The notes under the pieces are model-generated. The model did not search any database and was not told the DNA's origin. It was given only the letters and a program-made list of their open reading frames with translations. Of a stretch of DNA of 64,000 nt, positions 29,115-39,670 are shown in pieces (position 1 is the first letter of the stretch; each line of letters begins with the position of its first letter). A program made the position numbers and the translations under genes. Source of the DNA: a virus; IMG/VR virus record IMGVR_UViG_3300014202_000807; one strand, 5' to 3'.

Positions 29115-29323
29115 GTGAAAGTGAAGATTTTCAACGCGCTGTTAAAATTGGCATGACCTGCTCTGATTGCAGACATTTTCAGAGAAATAAAAAAGTTAAG
29201 GAAAGAATTATTGATGACTCTTGCTATCACCGCGACGCTATGCAAAGTACATATTACGGCGAGCAATCAATGCAAGTTTCTACTGATTTTCTATGCAACA
29301 GATTCCAGGAGCATAAAGAATGA
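29111..29323 (+). CDS. Hypothetical protein
   Basis: TCSDCRHF...CNRF. Confidence 0.55.
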   Translation: MSESEDFQRAVKIGMTCSDCRHFQRNKKVKERIIDDSCYHRDAMQSTYYGEQSMQVSTDFLCNRFQEHKE

Positions 29324-29904
29324 ACACAAACGACCTATATTTAGAATACGCGCGAGTAATCAAGATGTGCGAAGGCACTCAGCTGGAGGATACACCGTGT
29401 ATGTGTGTAAGATGGAAATGGAAGGGTTCTGATAAATGGTTTTATTTCGCTCCATTTACACGGCATCCGAATTTAAATGCATTTACTGTTAATCAGGACG
29501 TGGATTTTGCTGTGGCAGTGCTGGAAGGAAAGCCGGTGTTCGTCGGCGATAGAATTTATGCAAAGAGTCCTAATTCTGGAATGTGCGGAGGAGGAATAAT
29601 TATTATTGATAACGATGGGATTAGGATTGAGTTTGGAAACAAAACATCTTTCCATATTGAAATTTTCAGCAATGCTCCTATCGATCAATATTTCACGTGG
29701 CAACCACCCGCACCAAAACGCACATTCACGCTGAATGGGGTTGAGTTGCCTTGTCCTGTGCGTGATGAAGGTGATGGCCACGTTTATGAGGCAGGAATAT
29801 CGTTGTGCGGACACGGTATTGGATTCTTTTTCGACAATCAAAAGGATGCTGAAAAAGTATTCAATTATCTGAAAAACCTACTCACAGAGGCGCGTGACAA
29901 ATGA
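29320..29904 (+). CDS. Hypothetical protein
   Basis: VLEGKPVFVGD, RTFTLNGVELPCP phage motifs. Confidence 0.6.
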   Translation: MNTNDLYLEYARVIKMCEGTQLEDTPCMCVRWKWKGSDKWFYFAPFTRHPNLNAFTVNQDVDFAVAVLEGKPVFVGDRIYAKSPNSGMCGGGIIIIDNDGIRIEFGNKTSFHIEIFSNAPIDQYFTWQPPAPKRTFTLNGVELPCPVRDEGDGHVYEAGISLCGHGIGFFFDNQKDAEKVFNYLKNLLTEARDK

Positions 29905-30003
29905 GCAGCGAAAACCAACTAACAATTGACATAGAAAAACTCGGCGAAGCTGTTGCCAGGCACATGCCGCCGGTTGTTAGGGATTATTCATAACTGATTC
30001 AAA

Positions 30004-30288
30004 ATGAGCATCAATTACGTCACAATAAAAAAATTCTGCGAATTATCAGGTTACTCTGAGGATGCCGTGAATTCAAAAATCAAGCGTGGTGACTGGCTGC
30101 GCGATAGAGAGTATATTAAGGCCCCTGACGGTAGGAATTTGATAAACGTGGATAGGTATCATGAATGGGTAGAAACAAGTATCCAGGCATCAGTGCGGCC
30201 AGTGCAACAACAATCGAAATCAGCTTCTACTATCAAGGCCAGAAATGCCGTGAACGTCTCAAGTTGCAGCCCACTCCCGCTAACCTGA
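30004..30288 (+). CDS. xis: Excisionase
   Basis: YVTIKKFCELSGYSEDAVNSKIKRGDW...KAPDGR; overlaps int. Confidence 0.85.
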   Translation: MSINYVTIKKFCELSGYSEDAVNSKIKRGDWLRDREYIKAPDGRNLINVDRYHEWVETSIQASVRPVQQQSKSASTIKARNAVNVSSCSPLPLT

Positions 30289-31319
30289 AACGGGCGGCCA
30301 ATCATCGAGCCGCTATTTTGTTGGCAATTGAAAACGGTACTTTCGATTACTCTGTTACATTTCCGAATTCTAAGAACGCACACAAATTCACCCCATCACA
30401 GCACACAGTAAAAACTTACCTTGTTGAGTGGCTTGCAAACAAAGAACCGACAATCAAAGCCAGCACGATCAACGATTACCGCAAGACAATAAACAATATC
30501 ATCATCCCGGCGTTTGGGGCCATGCCGCTAACCGCTTTGTCACGCGCTGACGTGCGCACTCTGGCGGCTGGGATGGATTGCTCAAACAAACGATTAGCAA
30601 ACATACTAAGCCCGCTCAGGGCTGCATTGCAGGACGCATACCTTGATGATCTGATACCATCAAACCCGCTTTATGGGTGGACATATAAACGCAACGAGCC
30701 GCCGAAGCAGACAGCCCATGTTGACCCGTTTAACGCAGAAGAACAGGCGGCAATAATCGGAGCGGCAACAGGACAAATCAGGAATCAGTGCATTGTATTT
30801 TTCTGGACCGGAATGCGCACGTCAGAATTGATTGCGCTGGAATGGTCAGATATTGACTGGGAACGCAAGAAAATCAGGATAAATAAAGCTATCACCCAAG
30901 CATCACGAACTGAAGAAACAACCAAGACGGCCACTGGCAGGCGCGAAATTGACATGCTTCAGAATGTCGAAAAGGTATTGATCGATCAGAAGCAATATAC
31001 CCTACTCCACAGCAAGAAAGTATTTCTCAATCCGTTCACGAATGAGACGTGGACTGGCGATCAGCAGATAAGGAAAGGGTTCTGGATACCGTTGCTAAAA
31101 AAAGCGGGCGTGAGGTACAGAAACCCGTATCAGACAAGGCACACATTCGCTTCAATGATGTTGTCAGCCGGTGAGAATATTGCGTGGGTATCGTCTCAAA
31201 TGGGGCACTCGAATATAATGATCACTACACGAACTTATGCGCGATGGATCAATACAAAAGAGGATCATGGCAGTAAGGCGATAGAGAAGTTTAACTCTGA
31301 TCTAAAGGATGCGAATTGA
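30165..31319 (+). CDS. int: Tyrosine integrase with arm-binding domain
   Basis: TGMRTSELIAL, YQTRHTFAS, QMGH, TY; DUF3596-like N-terminus. Confidence 0.95.
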   Translation: MGRNKYPGISAASATTIEISFYYQGQKCRERLKLQPTPANLKRAANHRAAILLAIENGTFDYSVTFPNSKNAHKFTPSQHTVKTYLVEWLANKEPTIKASTINDYRKTINNIIIPAFGAMPLTALSRADVRTLAAGMDCSNKRLANILSPLRAALQDAYLDDLIPSNPLYGWTYKRNEPPKQTAHVDPFNAEEQAAIIGAATGQIRNQCIVFFWTGMRTSELIALEWSDIDWERKKIRINKAITQASRTEETTKTATGRREIDMLQNVEKVLIDQKQYTLLHSKKVFLNPFTNETWTGDQQIRKGFWIPLLKKAGVRYRNPYQTRHTFASMMLSAGENIAWVSSQMGHSNIMITTRTYARWINTKEDHGSKAIEKFNSDLKDAN

Positions 31320-31326
31320 ATAAAAT

Positions 31327-31544
31327 GTCCAGCATTACAGTCGACATTATGATTCAACTATAAATTTTATTCAAATTAATCAGTATGTTATGATTTTTGG
31401 TAAGAAAAAGACGCGGGTTCGAATCCCGCCTTCTCCGCCAGCGAATCTATATAAATCAATAACTTACAGTATCAATATGGCCTAAAGATGGGCATAAATA
31501 GGCATGTTTTGGCATAGAATGGTCAACATTTTGGGCAACATTTT
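31327..31544. other. attP (core about 31410-31440 = tRNA/tmRNA 3' end)
   Basis: GACGCGGGTTCGAATCCCGCCTTCTCCGCCA; IHF site AATCAATAACTTA at 31454-31466; arm repeats GGTCAACATTTT/GGGCAACATTTT. Confidence 0.8.
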
Positions 31545-31555
31545 CAGACCACAAT

Positions 31556-32041
31556 CTATTTCCAATATTGCCACCCAAACAACCTAACCCCGGCATACAA
31601 GACATACGCCATCCATTTTTTGGTTAATCGCCTTTCCTTCCATTCCTGATCTATGACGTCGCTTTCGCGCATGTAGCTTTGCGCAACATTAGGTAGAGCC
31701 TTGATGTAATACTGACGCTCAGCAAGCATTGCCTCAAGGTAAAGCTCGTCGCATTCCTTGCGCGTGAACGTGCGCCCATCTGTTATGCCGCGCAAACTAT
31801 ACAATTCATCATGCAATGCTGCGGCAGGTCGATGCGGTCCGTTAGGATTGATCAGGCCGCGCATGCACCAAGGGATTGACGATAAATTGTTCACAGATCC
31901 TGGATGAACGCTTATTACGCAATCAAGCTTTGCTGACTTGAAATCGAGATAGCTGTCACTGATCCAGTGTCCGCCACGGTCAGGGATCATCCAGTATGCC
32001 GGTAGATGCATGAATTCAGCTTTTTCCGTCATAATCAGCAA
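31556..32041 (-). CDS. DUF1353 family protein
   Basis: LSSIP...AAALHDELY...TRKECDELY...YAGVRLFG. Confidence 0.8.
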   Translation of the reverse strand: MLIMTEKAEFMHLPAYWMIPDRGGHWISDSYLDFKSAKLDCVISVHPGSVNNLSSIPWCMRGLINPNGPHRPAAALHDELYSLRGITDGRTFTRKECDELYLEAMLAERQYYIKALPNVAQSYMRESDVIDQEWKERRLTKKWMAYVLYAGVRLFGWQYWK

Positions 32042-32164
32042 CCGAACGCCTTTGTTATGAGGTAAGTAAGGCCGATAACAACACTGTATTTAAGCCAATC
32101 AGACCATAGTATCCGCGGAAGTCCATTCAGCACTTTCTTGATCATATCGCCGCCTAATATTTTA

Positions 32165-32581
32165 TTAAAAGCCATTATTAGCCGCCAAATCTAATAAGTG
32201 ATCTACAGTGCCGATCAAAGTTATTTCCTGCGTGCCGCCTTCCCCGCCATCATAATGATAGATATTGCCATCACGCTCACCGATGGCATCGCCGTTAGAA
32301 TACATGCGCGCGTAATAATCAAAAATCATCAGGGATTCTTGAGATTCTGGTAGCTTGTCACTATATGCGTCCTCGCCCCAGTCAAAAATCCTGTCGATAT
32401 CTTCTTTGCTGTGCGCAGGCTCATCGACTGATTCGTCAACTGACGGTTGATCGATAACCGGCGAAATGTTCTCGTTTGTAATGTTGATCACATTGTTGAC
32501 GGTCACCGGCGCAAATACGAAATCACGCGTTACTGTCCCGATCAGGTCTGCTAAATTCATGTTTCCGAAAGACATTTTCAT
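32165..32581 (-). CDS. Hypothetical protein
   Basis: Acidic ORF in the tail module. Confidence 0.55.
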   Translation of the reverse strand: MKMSFGNMNLADLIGTVTRDFVFAPVTVNNVINITNENISPVIDQPSVDESVDEPAHSKEDIDRIFDWGEDAYSDKLPESQESLMIFDYYARMYSNGDAIGERDGNIYHYDGGEGGTQEITLIGTVDHLLDLAANNGF

Positions 32582-32613
32582 CTTACGATCCTGTTAATTA
32601 AAATTAATAATGA

Positions 32614-33063
32614 CTACTGAATTTCACAATTCAAAATTTGTGATTTGCGCAACTGAACGTCAATAGTTACACCATTCGCGTTAATCTGCGTAAGTGTGTG
32701 TTCTATTGCGCCCTGGATGGATGCCAGTGACAGGTTCACATTTAATGTTCTAGGATCATCAAGTATCAACCAAAAATCATTGATAATTTCATCGGTTGCG
32801 CGCAATTCACGCGCCTTAATTCTTTCTTGATGAGTAAACAGCAGAAGGAATCCAGGGATGTCGATTGATTTTATTGTCGGCGTCGTCGGTGGTGGCGAAG
32901 CAACCTCTGGAGCATTCCAGTCTACTCCATCGAACTCCCATCCATTTTCAACTTCATCAGGAACGTCAACAAACTGCGAAGCAACATTAGGATGAAACAA
33001 TTCATCAACATCTCCGCCAGTGACATCTTGTGCAATATTGTTTACAACACGTGCTTTTTTCAT
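32614..33063 (-). CDS. Tail fibre assembly/chaperone-like protein
   Basis: FHP...VPDEVENGWEFDG; follows the fibre gene. Confidence 0.65.
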   Translation of the reverse strand: MKKARVVNNIAQDVTGGDVDELFHPNVASQFVDVPDEVENGWEFDGVDWNAPEVASPPPTTPTIKSIDIPGFLLLFTHQERIKARELRATDEIINDFWLILDDPRTLNVNLSLASIQGAIEHTLTQINANGVTIDVQLRKSQILNCEIQ

Positions 33064-33066
33064 TGT

Positions 33067-33879
33067 TTACCACTCCACGATCACGAGTCCGACCCCGCCG
33101 ACGCTTCCGGTTCCGCCAGCATTAACTCTGGCTCCGCCGCCGCCGCCAAATCCGCCATTACCGCCGCCATATCCAGATCCACCACCGCCACCGACCCCAC
33201 CTTTACCTCCGTGACCGCCAGAAGTTCCTTGGCCATTCCCGCCGCCACCTCCTGAACCTCCATTGTGTCCGATTGGGGTTGCATTCGCCCCGCCACCGCC
33301 GGTGAATCCGTCGAAAGGAAACCGTATAATTGCATTTATTCTGTTAAGATCCCCGGAACCAGTGGTTATTACGCCGGTAATATCTGGCGCTCCACCAACC
33401 CCATCAAGTGGCAATCCGAACGGACTCCCACCCCCGCCAGCAACCGACGTATGCCCCAGCCCAACGCCGCCACCAGCATTAGTACCATTTCCTCCAGCAC
33501 CAAGTTGAGACCCAGCGCCACCACCTGAATTCCCATTCAGTCCACCAGTAGCTGATATCAAGGCACCAAAACTTGACGTTGCTCCATCTCCTCCGGCAGA
33601 AACAGCGTAATTTGTTCCCGGAACAACCTGGAAAACACCATGCGCGTATCCGCCGCCTCCAGAACCGGTATTCGTGCTACCATTTTTTCCGGCACCGACG
33701 CACCTAACTCTTATGGATGTAGTTTCCGGCGGTATGGTGAATGTGCCACCAGCACCGTAAAAAACTCTGAACAGACCTTTTCCAAATATCCCCAAGAACC
33801 CTAGCGGATTTACTCTGGTTTCAATGGCTGACCTTACATTCCTTGTTATGATCTGGCTCATTTTATGACTCCACCCCAT
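33067..33879 (-). CDS. Glycine-rich tail fibre-associated protein
   Basis: GTFTIP..IRVRCVGAG, GGGGG repeats, terminal GLVIVEW. Confidence 0.75.
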   Translation of the reverse strand: MGWSHKMSQIITRNVRSAIETRVNPLGFLGIFGKGLFRVFYGAGGTFTIPPETTSIRVRCVGAGKNGSTNTGSGGGGYAHGVFQVVPGTNYAVSAGGDGATSSFGALISATGGLNGNSGGGAGSQLGAGGNGTNAGGGVGLGHTSVAGGGGSPFGLPLDGVGGAPDITGVITTGSGDLNRINAIIRFPFDGFTGGGGANATPIGHNGGSGGGGGNGQGTSGGHGGKGGVGGGGGSGYGGGNGGFGGGGGARVNAGGTGSVGGVGLVIVEW

Positions 33880-34174
33880 GAACGCGGACAGACACAGAGC
33901 TGAGATTGCTTCGCACCCAAACTTTTTCGTTCGGAGACATCATTACCGCGATTTCTTCAAGTATTGAATATGACTCAACGGGAGTGTTGAATGTGATGTA
34001 ATCATCATCTGCCGGAGATGCTCCAGACCCAATGGAGACACTCACATTTGTCGTTTCGGGATTACGATTTGCAACACGAATATTTGCTGTCGCCACCTTT
34101 CCTGATGGTACCGTGTACAGCAAGGTATCTACACCAGCGGAAAGATTGGCTGAACCAAGTTTGCCTGATGCCAT
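33863..34174 (-). CDS. Small tail-associated protein
   Basis: TLLYTVP...VSVRVHGVE beta-sandwich type. Confidence 0.65.
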   Translation of the reverse strand: MASGKLGSANLSAGVDTLLYTVPSGKVATANIRVANRNPETTNVSVSIGSGASPADDDYITFNTPVESYSILEEIAVMMSPNEKVWVRSNLSSVSVRVHGVES

Positions 34175-34191
34175 ATTAATAATTCCTCATA

Positions 34192-35316
34192 TCAGAACTG
34201 TGAAAAGAAATAGCTTTCTGCGCTAATTGGCCTGCTCGGCTCGTACACATTGACGCCATCGGTAAACACGTGGGTATTTCTCTCCTGAGAGCAATCAACA
34301 CCGCCTCCAGCACTTGTTTTCAACAATATTGAATGAGGACCAGTCGTGTTGTTCTGCACAATCCATGACCGGATATGCAAGCTCGGAACAATTACATTTA
34401 TGTTTGCCGTTAAAGCGCCAGTGAACTTAAGCACTTCGTTTGCGGATTCGATAGGCGTTAGGGTTACATCAACACCGCCCGCCACATTTTTTGAAAGAAT
34501 TCCCCTCGAAGATGAACTTGGATTCAGAAGAACAAAGTCAACTCCATCGTACTCAATGTCGACCGACTGCCCGGCGGCAATTACTGCGTCTACCTTCGAT
34601 CCGTCTGCGTCATATTGTTTTAATGATCTTGCACCACGGCTATTAATATTGATCGTGGATGCGACATTTACATTCTCGTTAAATTTCGCCCTGAACCGAT
34701 GGCCATTAACGTATGCAGTAAGATTCGGAGTAACGGAACCAATGAATGCTGGCGAGGCTCCGGTTGTTGTAAAAGATGAATACTGCTGCGCCTGAACGCC
34801 GGTTTTTAATGCGTATTGTGGGTGTGGGTCAACCTTTGCCTCGTGATTGGCAATCTCATTCAGAACGTACTGATGAGTGGCCATCACGATATTCGGGTCG
34901 ACAATCAGGTTTATTGTTGCCGTGTTGCTGGTCTCGACAATAATCCTGTATATCGTATCTCTAGTAGAGCCTTCAGCAAGAACAGGTTTGTATTCTGGCG
35001 GGTGATTGCCGATAAAGATTGTTGTTCCTCCGGCGTCTTTTACTGCTATTTCACGCACATAAAAACCACCGATGTTGGGCGGAAGAACGAGTTCAATTAT
35101 GTACCAAGCCGGATTTACTGGATCTTGCGTAATTGAGTTTATCCCTGCTCTATACACCTCATTGACCACCTCGTGAGTCGTTGGGGTGGGCAGTGGGACG
35201 GCCCCGTTTCCATCACCAAGAACCACTTCAGAAAGATTCAAAGGCGTGTTATTGGCAGCAGCAACGGCCATGGCCGAAGCGCCAATATCTGTCAGCAGGG
35301 TATAAAAATTGCTCAT
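34192..35316 (-). CDS. Tail fibre protein with tail-collar domain
   Basis: FYTLLTDIG, GDGNG, GGFYVRE, YKPVLAEGS, DPHPQY. Confidence 0.88.
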   Translation of the reverse strand: MSNFYTLLTDIGASAMAVAAANNTPLNLSEVVLGDGNGAVPLPTPTTHEVVNEVYRAGINSITQDPVNPAWYIIELVLPPNIGGFYVREIAVKDAGGTTIFIGNHPPEYKPVLAEGSTRDTIYRIIVETSNTATINLIVDPNIVMATHQYVLNEIANHEAKVDPHPQYALKTGVQAQQYSSFTTTGASPAFIGSVTPNLTAYVNGHRFRAKFNENVNVASTININSRGARSLKQYDADGSKVDAVIAAGQSVDIEYDGVDFVLLNPSSSSRGILSKNVAGGVDVTLTPIESANEVLKFTGALTANINVIVPSLHIRSWIVQNNTTGPHSILLKTSAGGGVDCSQERNTHVFTDGVNVYEPSRPISAESYFFSQF

Positions 35317-35403
35317 CTAAGATTGGACTTAATCAGTAGTAACATAAGATCAATACTAATTCGCCGCGATTTCTACAGCCTTGAGTTTTTCCGCAAATGA
35401 CAT

Positions 35404-36936
35404 CTATCCAGAAATAATTCTTAATGGAGGCGGTAGATTTTCTTCAAATGTTGATCGCGGTATCGCCCTTGCCCCAGATGGAAAGCCAAGCCCGTCCGCT
35501 GGCGGGTTAACTGTTGCGTATTGCACGTACTTGGTTCTGTTGCCAATCAATTCCCATCTTGAGCTTCCAGCGCCAGGGTTATACGCTTCCGGCGCGAACT
35601 CGCCTGTAAGCGTGCTCATTGTTGGCCAGTAATCAAGTCCGATGTCGGCGTAAATTCTCGCGCCAGCCCTGTCGTCTGGGCCGACCGTGTTTTGCAGCAC
35701 CAACTTTGCCTTGTATCTAATAAAAAAGCATCTTATGTCATTACCATTTGCTATAGGGAATCTTGCCGATGATCCATGCACAGCATAATTTGTGCCAGAT
35801 ACGGTTCCACTGTTTTTGGCTCCAGACAAGAAAAATGATTTACTCCCATTTGCCTCAAGTCTCTGAGCAACCGAACTTTCCGGAGGAGGCCAAGATACCT
35901 GCTGTGACATATTTGCAAGCTCCCATTCTCCCGTGCTGTCTCGACAAATCCACACCTCCAAGTCACGTATGTTGACACCGGTGTTTATCGCTGAATGTGA
36001 CGTTGCTGGCCACATAACAAACCAGCAAGTAGCCGCCTGCCATGGCACCAAAGCTTTAAAAGATGGATTGCTTGGATTCCACCAATTCGGCGCATAATCA
36101 CCTCGACACCGGTTTCCCATGCCAATAACAGCTCTCTGCGTCCAGTCCGCGGATGGATTCCCTTGCAAAACAACACCGGCCTGATTGCTCCCCATCCCCG
36201 CATACAGATCTGACAGTAAGTTGTTATCAACTTTTGGATATATCGTTGCAAAGGTTACTGATGCCAGCGCAATACCAATGTAATTATTCCGCCCCCATTC
36301 AACAGGTTGAGATGCCGCCGGATAAACCATGCTGTATGATCCGGACTGCATTGTTGCGCCAATATAGTTTTTTCTGACCGACCTGCTCAGCTTCGCAAAG
36401 TACAAAACGAGCCTTGCCGGTATGATGGATCGCAGAATGGGTTCCATCTTGTCGATCTCATCCCAGGTTATGTCCGGAGATTGAATTGAAACCCTTATCC
36501 GGCTGGTTGAATATTTGGAACTATCGGCATACTGCAACGCAGAAAGCTTTGTCGGGTACGCGTGCGCTTTTGATTGCGCCATTTGTTCAACGTAATGGAC
36601 ATTCGGGAACAGCATCTGAAGGTACGTGCGCAAAAAGTGGAATCCTCGCCCATTTCTTCTGCGTGATTTCCATGCCTTGTACAGATAGCGGGTTGTCGTT
36701 TCCTCGCGCTCAACATCAAGCAGTGAAAGGCCATCCGCGTTAATCATTTTTCGCACCAGATCCAGCGAACCAAGATGCGCCATGCCAAGCACGTTTGCAT
36801 CGAAGGACTGTTCCGCCAGCATCAACTCAAACAAATCAATGAACAGGTTTCTCAGATCGTTTTCTACGTCATCAACAACAAAACTGTTCTTAAGTGGCGT
36901 TAACCCTGGCAGTTGCGCGTTAGGAAAATCCATCAT
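35404..36936 (-). CDS. Baseplate wedge-like protein with extra C-terminal domain
   Basis: RGFHFLRTYLQML, IIPARL; located between the J-like gene and the fibre. Confidence 0.65.
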   Translation of the reverse strand: MMDFPNAQLPGLTPLKNSFVVDDVENDLRNLFIDLFELMLAEQSFDANVLGMAHLGSLDLVRKMINADGLSLLDVEREETTTRYLYKAWKSRRRNGRGFHFLRTYLQMLFPNVHYVEQMAQSKAHAYPTKLSALQYADSSKYSTSRIRVSIQSPDITWDEIDKMEPILRSIIPARLVLYFAKLSRSVRKNYIGATMQSGSYSMVYPAASQPVEWGRNNYIGIALASVTFATIYPKVDNNLLSDLYAGMGSNQAGVVLQGNPSADWTQRAVIGMGNRCRGDYAPNWWNPSNPSFKALVPWQAATCWFVMWPATSHSAINTGVNIRDLEVWICRDSTGEWELANMSQQVSWPPPESSVAQRLEANGSKSFFLSGAKNSGTVSGTNYAVHGSSARFPIANGNDIRCFFIRYKAKLVLQNTVGPDDRAGARIYADIGLDYWPTMSTLTGEFAPEAYNPGAGSSRWELIGNRTKYVQYATVNPPADGLGFPSGARAIPRSTFEENLPPPLRIISG

Positions 36937-36945
36937 GGTGTCAAT

Positions 36946-38442
36946 TTAACTCCATGCCGGAGGCAATACATTCCCGGTGACTACGGTAACTGTCAGACTG
37001 CTTGACGAAACATACCGCCACAGCTCCGGCCTGTGGTTTCCGACCGGATCGGCAATAGTCACTTTGATGTCCGCATTTGCGTCAGACAATGCCGCTATTC
37101 TTTGTCTCAGTAGCGCGTAAACCTGCTTGTATAGTGGCTTGTTGCCGCCGCGCTTCGCGCCTCCGCCTGAATTTGATTCGCCGTACTCAGACAAAATGGC
37201 TTCGATTATTCTTGATTGAACGTCACCGGCAACATAAGCCGCCGATATCGTTGCATTGATAGTCATGGCTATTTCAGAGCGTACCGGCGTCACAAACTTG
37301 ACACGGTAGCTGTCATCCGCCGAAAGAATGACGCTTCTTATTCCCTTCTGTGTGGCAGTAAGATTGCCTTCCGCGATAAATGCCGGTGGCACCGGGGTTC
37401 CCGGATCAGGCTCAGTCAATACGGTTTCATTTCCGTTTTGCGAAAGAACCGCAACAAATAGCGTATTGATATTGTCGACACTCGCCCCCCTGGCAACCTC
37501 TTCAATAGCCTCATTCCATACCGACAAAAAGCGCATGTTGCTGTATGCACGGCGAACAACAAAGTCGAATTCACCGAGAAATACAGCATTATGGTTATAC
37601 ACTGAAGGGTATTTAACTAAGTCCCGAAGCGTTGTTATGCTTGGCGGGTTCTGGCCTTTATCAATAACCTGATTAAGCTTTAGGTCGATATTTGAGTCAA
37701 AGGGTGATAGCGCATATTCGAAGGCAAAAGGCGCGTCAGCGTTAAGCGACAGTTCGCCGAAGGTTCTGGATACGGTCAGTGTTATGACGCTACCATTGAC
37801 CGGCTGAACGCCAACAATACCCTCTTGCCCGAACCGAACATAAACACGCTGGCGGTCATCCGCTTCAACGTGGAATATTTTTTCTCCGGGCCATGTATTC
37901 ACGTACCGTTCTCGGTATGTGAAATCACCATCTGCATCACTTGCAGATATCCCGCTCAAATAGGTTTCATCTTCTGAATCAGGTATCTCGATAGCATAAA
38001 AGGGTGTGCTGCCAGTCACAGTGTGAGCAATGACATCTTTTTTAACCTGCGTAGCCTCAAATGTTCCTGCGCTGTTGGCCGGTATTACCGCCTGAGTTTC
38101 AATGATGTACGGATACCCGTTTGAATCCGTGATAGTTCTGCCTGAATCCACAGTAAACGGCACATTGTTGCTGTTAACAACGGACACACTGACCCGTCCA
38201 GAACGCGCTTTACGCACGATCCCGCGCATGGCCGCGTCAGCCATAACGGTTGCATCACGCGATTTCTCGAACGGCTCCGCCATGGCTGTTTCGATCTGGG
38301 ACGAAAACATCGCCAGCATGGTAGCCATGGCATCAAGATTTTGAATTACTCTTGGATCGCCAGACCTGAAAAGCGGCTCAACGGCTGGGTAATTGCCGAT
38401 AGAATCTACGATTGCCTGCTGAAAATCTGCTTTAGTCAACAT
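36946..38442 (-). CDS. Baseplate J-like protein
   Basis: VRFG...G..P, V..GEF, LSVWNE; position in the module. Confidence 0.7.
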   Translation of the reverse strand: MLTKADFQQAIVDSIGNYPAVEPLFRSGDPRVIQNLDAMATMLAMFSSQIETAMAEPFEKSRDATVMADAAMRGIVRKARSGRVSVSVVNSNNVPFTVDSGRTITDSNGYPYIIETQAVIPANSAGTFEATQVKKDVIAHTVTGSTPFYAIEIPDSEDETYLSGISASDADGDFTYRERYVNTWPGEKIFHVEADDRQRVYVRFGQEGIVGVQPVNGSVITLTVSRTFGELSLNADAPFAFEYALSPFDSNIDLKLNQVIDKGQNPPSITTLRDLVKYPSVYNHNAVFLGEFDFVVRRAYSNMRFLSVWNEAIEEVARGASVDNINTLFVAVLSQNGNETVLTEPDPGTPVPPAFIAEGNLTATQKGIRSVILSADDSYRVKFVTPVRSEIAMTINATISAAYVAGDVQSRIIEAILSEYGESNSGGGAKRGGNKPLYKQVYALLRQRIAALSDANADIKVTIADPVGNHRPELWRYVSSSSLTVTVVTGNVLPPAWS

Positions 38443-38448
38443 GATTGA

Positions 38449-38745
38449 TTACCCCGCATCAGGTACCGTGATTGGCTGACCGGCCACCTCAATGACTAAT
38501 TCAAGCTTGTCAGGGTAGGTTTGTACGCTGTACAGGTTTGTGGCACTAAGTGGAAGGGCTTGCAGAATCGGAACGTCGCCGCGCAATTTCTGAAGCGTTG
38601 CTTCCGGCGCACCGTCTGAAAAAGGATTTTGTAGCAGAGATTTTATGTCCTGCCCGTAATCTGAGCCAAGATATCCGTTAACCGGCGTTTTCAGCCAGTG
38701 AGATACCATGCCCTGAATTGAGTTTCCATCAATGATATTTGCCAT
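38449..38745 (-). CDS. Baseplate gp25/W-like protein
   Basis: HWLKTPVNGYLGSDYG; upstream of the J-like gene. Confidence 0.6.
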   Translation of the reverse strand: MANIIDGNSIQGMVSHWLKTPVNGYLGSDYGQDIKSLLQNPFSDGAPEATLQKLRGDVPILQALPLSATNLYSVQTYPDKLELVIEVAGQPITVPDAG

Positions 38746-38796
38746 GCGCTAATCGTAGTGATTTTGCGCATGGTCAAATGCTTGGTTTTTCCTAAA

Positions 38797-39276
38797 CTAA
38801 ACAGGATTAACTTCGAAGAATCCGTTTGGCGCGGTCATGATAATGTCCGATCCGTCGGGTGTTTTTTCAAAGTCATTCACGCTCATCGGGATGAGGCTTG
38901 CGTCCGTTCCAGAAGTAGTATCTGGATCATAACAAAAAACCAAGTCACTCCACATCCCACCGGCAGCCTGAACAGCGGCAAACGTCTGATCTGGGACATA
39001 TAGCACGGTCTTGTTATTCACGTGATCAGGAGCGAACGCAACAATGTCAGCATCGGTTAACACTTTACGCGCATATCCGGAGTTTGTTGCTTCGTTTGTC
39101 GTTCCGGAAAGCATATCGAATAGAGTCTCCTTGTCCCTCAGCACGGCATCACCTTCGATTCCGGTTGCGGCAAGAGCAACAATGATGATCGCAGAATTTG
39201 CGGGGTCATTCGTGTCTACCCGGTTATACAGCTCAACATTTCGCCCCAAGGCGATATTTGGCACAAAATTACCCAT
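38797..39276 (-). CDS. Virion structural protein
   Basis: GYARKVL, TPDGSDI motifs. Confidence 0.6.
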   Translation of the reverse strand: MGNFVPNIALGRNVELYNRVDTNDPANSAIIIVALAATGIEGDAVLRDKETLFDMLSGTTNEATNSGYARKVLTDADIVAFAPDHVNNKTVLYVPDQTFAAVQAAGGMWSDLVFCYDPDTTSGTDASLIPMSVNDFEKTPDGSDIIMTAPNGFFEVNPV

Positions 39277-39661
39277 TGCTCGCTACCTCATCTTCGTTGA
39301 TCAATTCGCACAAAAAGAAAGCGTCATTACGATAGCCAGCCGGGTTCTGGTGATCTGGCGATTCTTGACCGGCAAAGTTTGCAGCAACATATTTTCTTGC
39401 TTCAAACTGGTCGGCAAGTTTTGTATTGTCGAAACAGCAGTAGTATCCGGGAATAGCGACAATCCTGTATCTCAACTCTTGAGGTTCGGTGTGAATCGTG
39501 ATGACACCCTTGCTGACGGAACACAACCCTTCTCCAATCAACTGATTGATAAGCTGCTGCGTGAATTTTTGCGTTTGACTTACGCTAATTGCCTTGAGGT
39601 ACTGGAATTCGCCAGTACTTGGGTCATAGACTCGTCTTAGAAACATCTGGATTGCCCCCAA
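39269..39661 (-). CDS. Hypothetical protein
   Basis: Operon packing. Confidence 0.55.
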   Translation of the reverse strand: MGAIQMFLRRVYDPSTGEFQYLKAISVSQTQKFTQQLINQLIGEGLCSVSKGVITIHTEPQELRYRIVAIPGYYCCFDNTKLADQFEARKYVAANFAGQESPDHQNPAGYRNDAFFLCELINEDEVASNG

Positions 39662-39670
39662 CTATATGAA

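Noticed and set aside
31410..31440. Functional tRNA gene
   Set aside because: Only the T-arm and 3' acceptor strand are present, so it is interpreted as the att core.
32035..32145. Programmed frameshift joining a 36-codon upstream ORF to DUF1353
   Set aside because: There is no slippery site or stimulatory structure, and it cannot be told apart from a small ORF or an indel without reads.
33020..33528. Pro-rich plus-strand ORFs
   Set aside because: They are antisense shadows of the glycine-rich tail gene.
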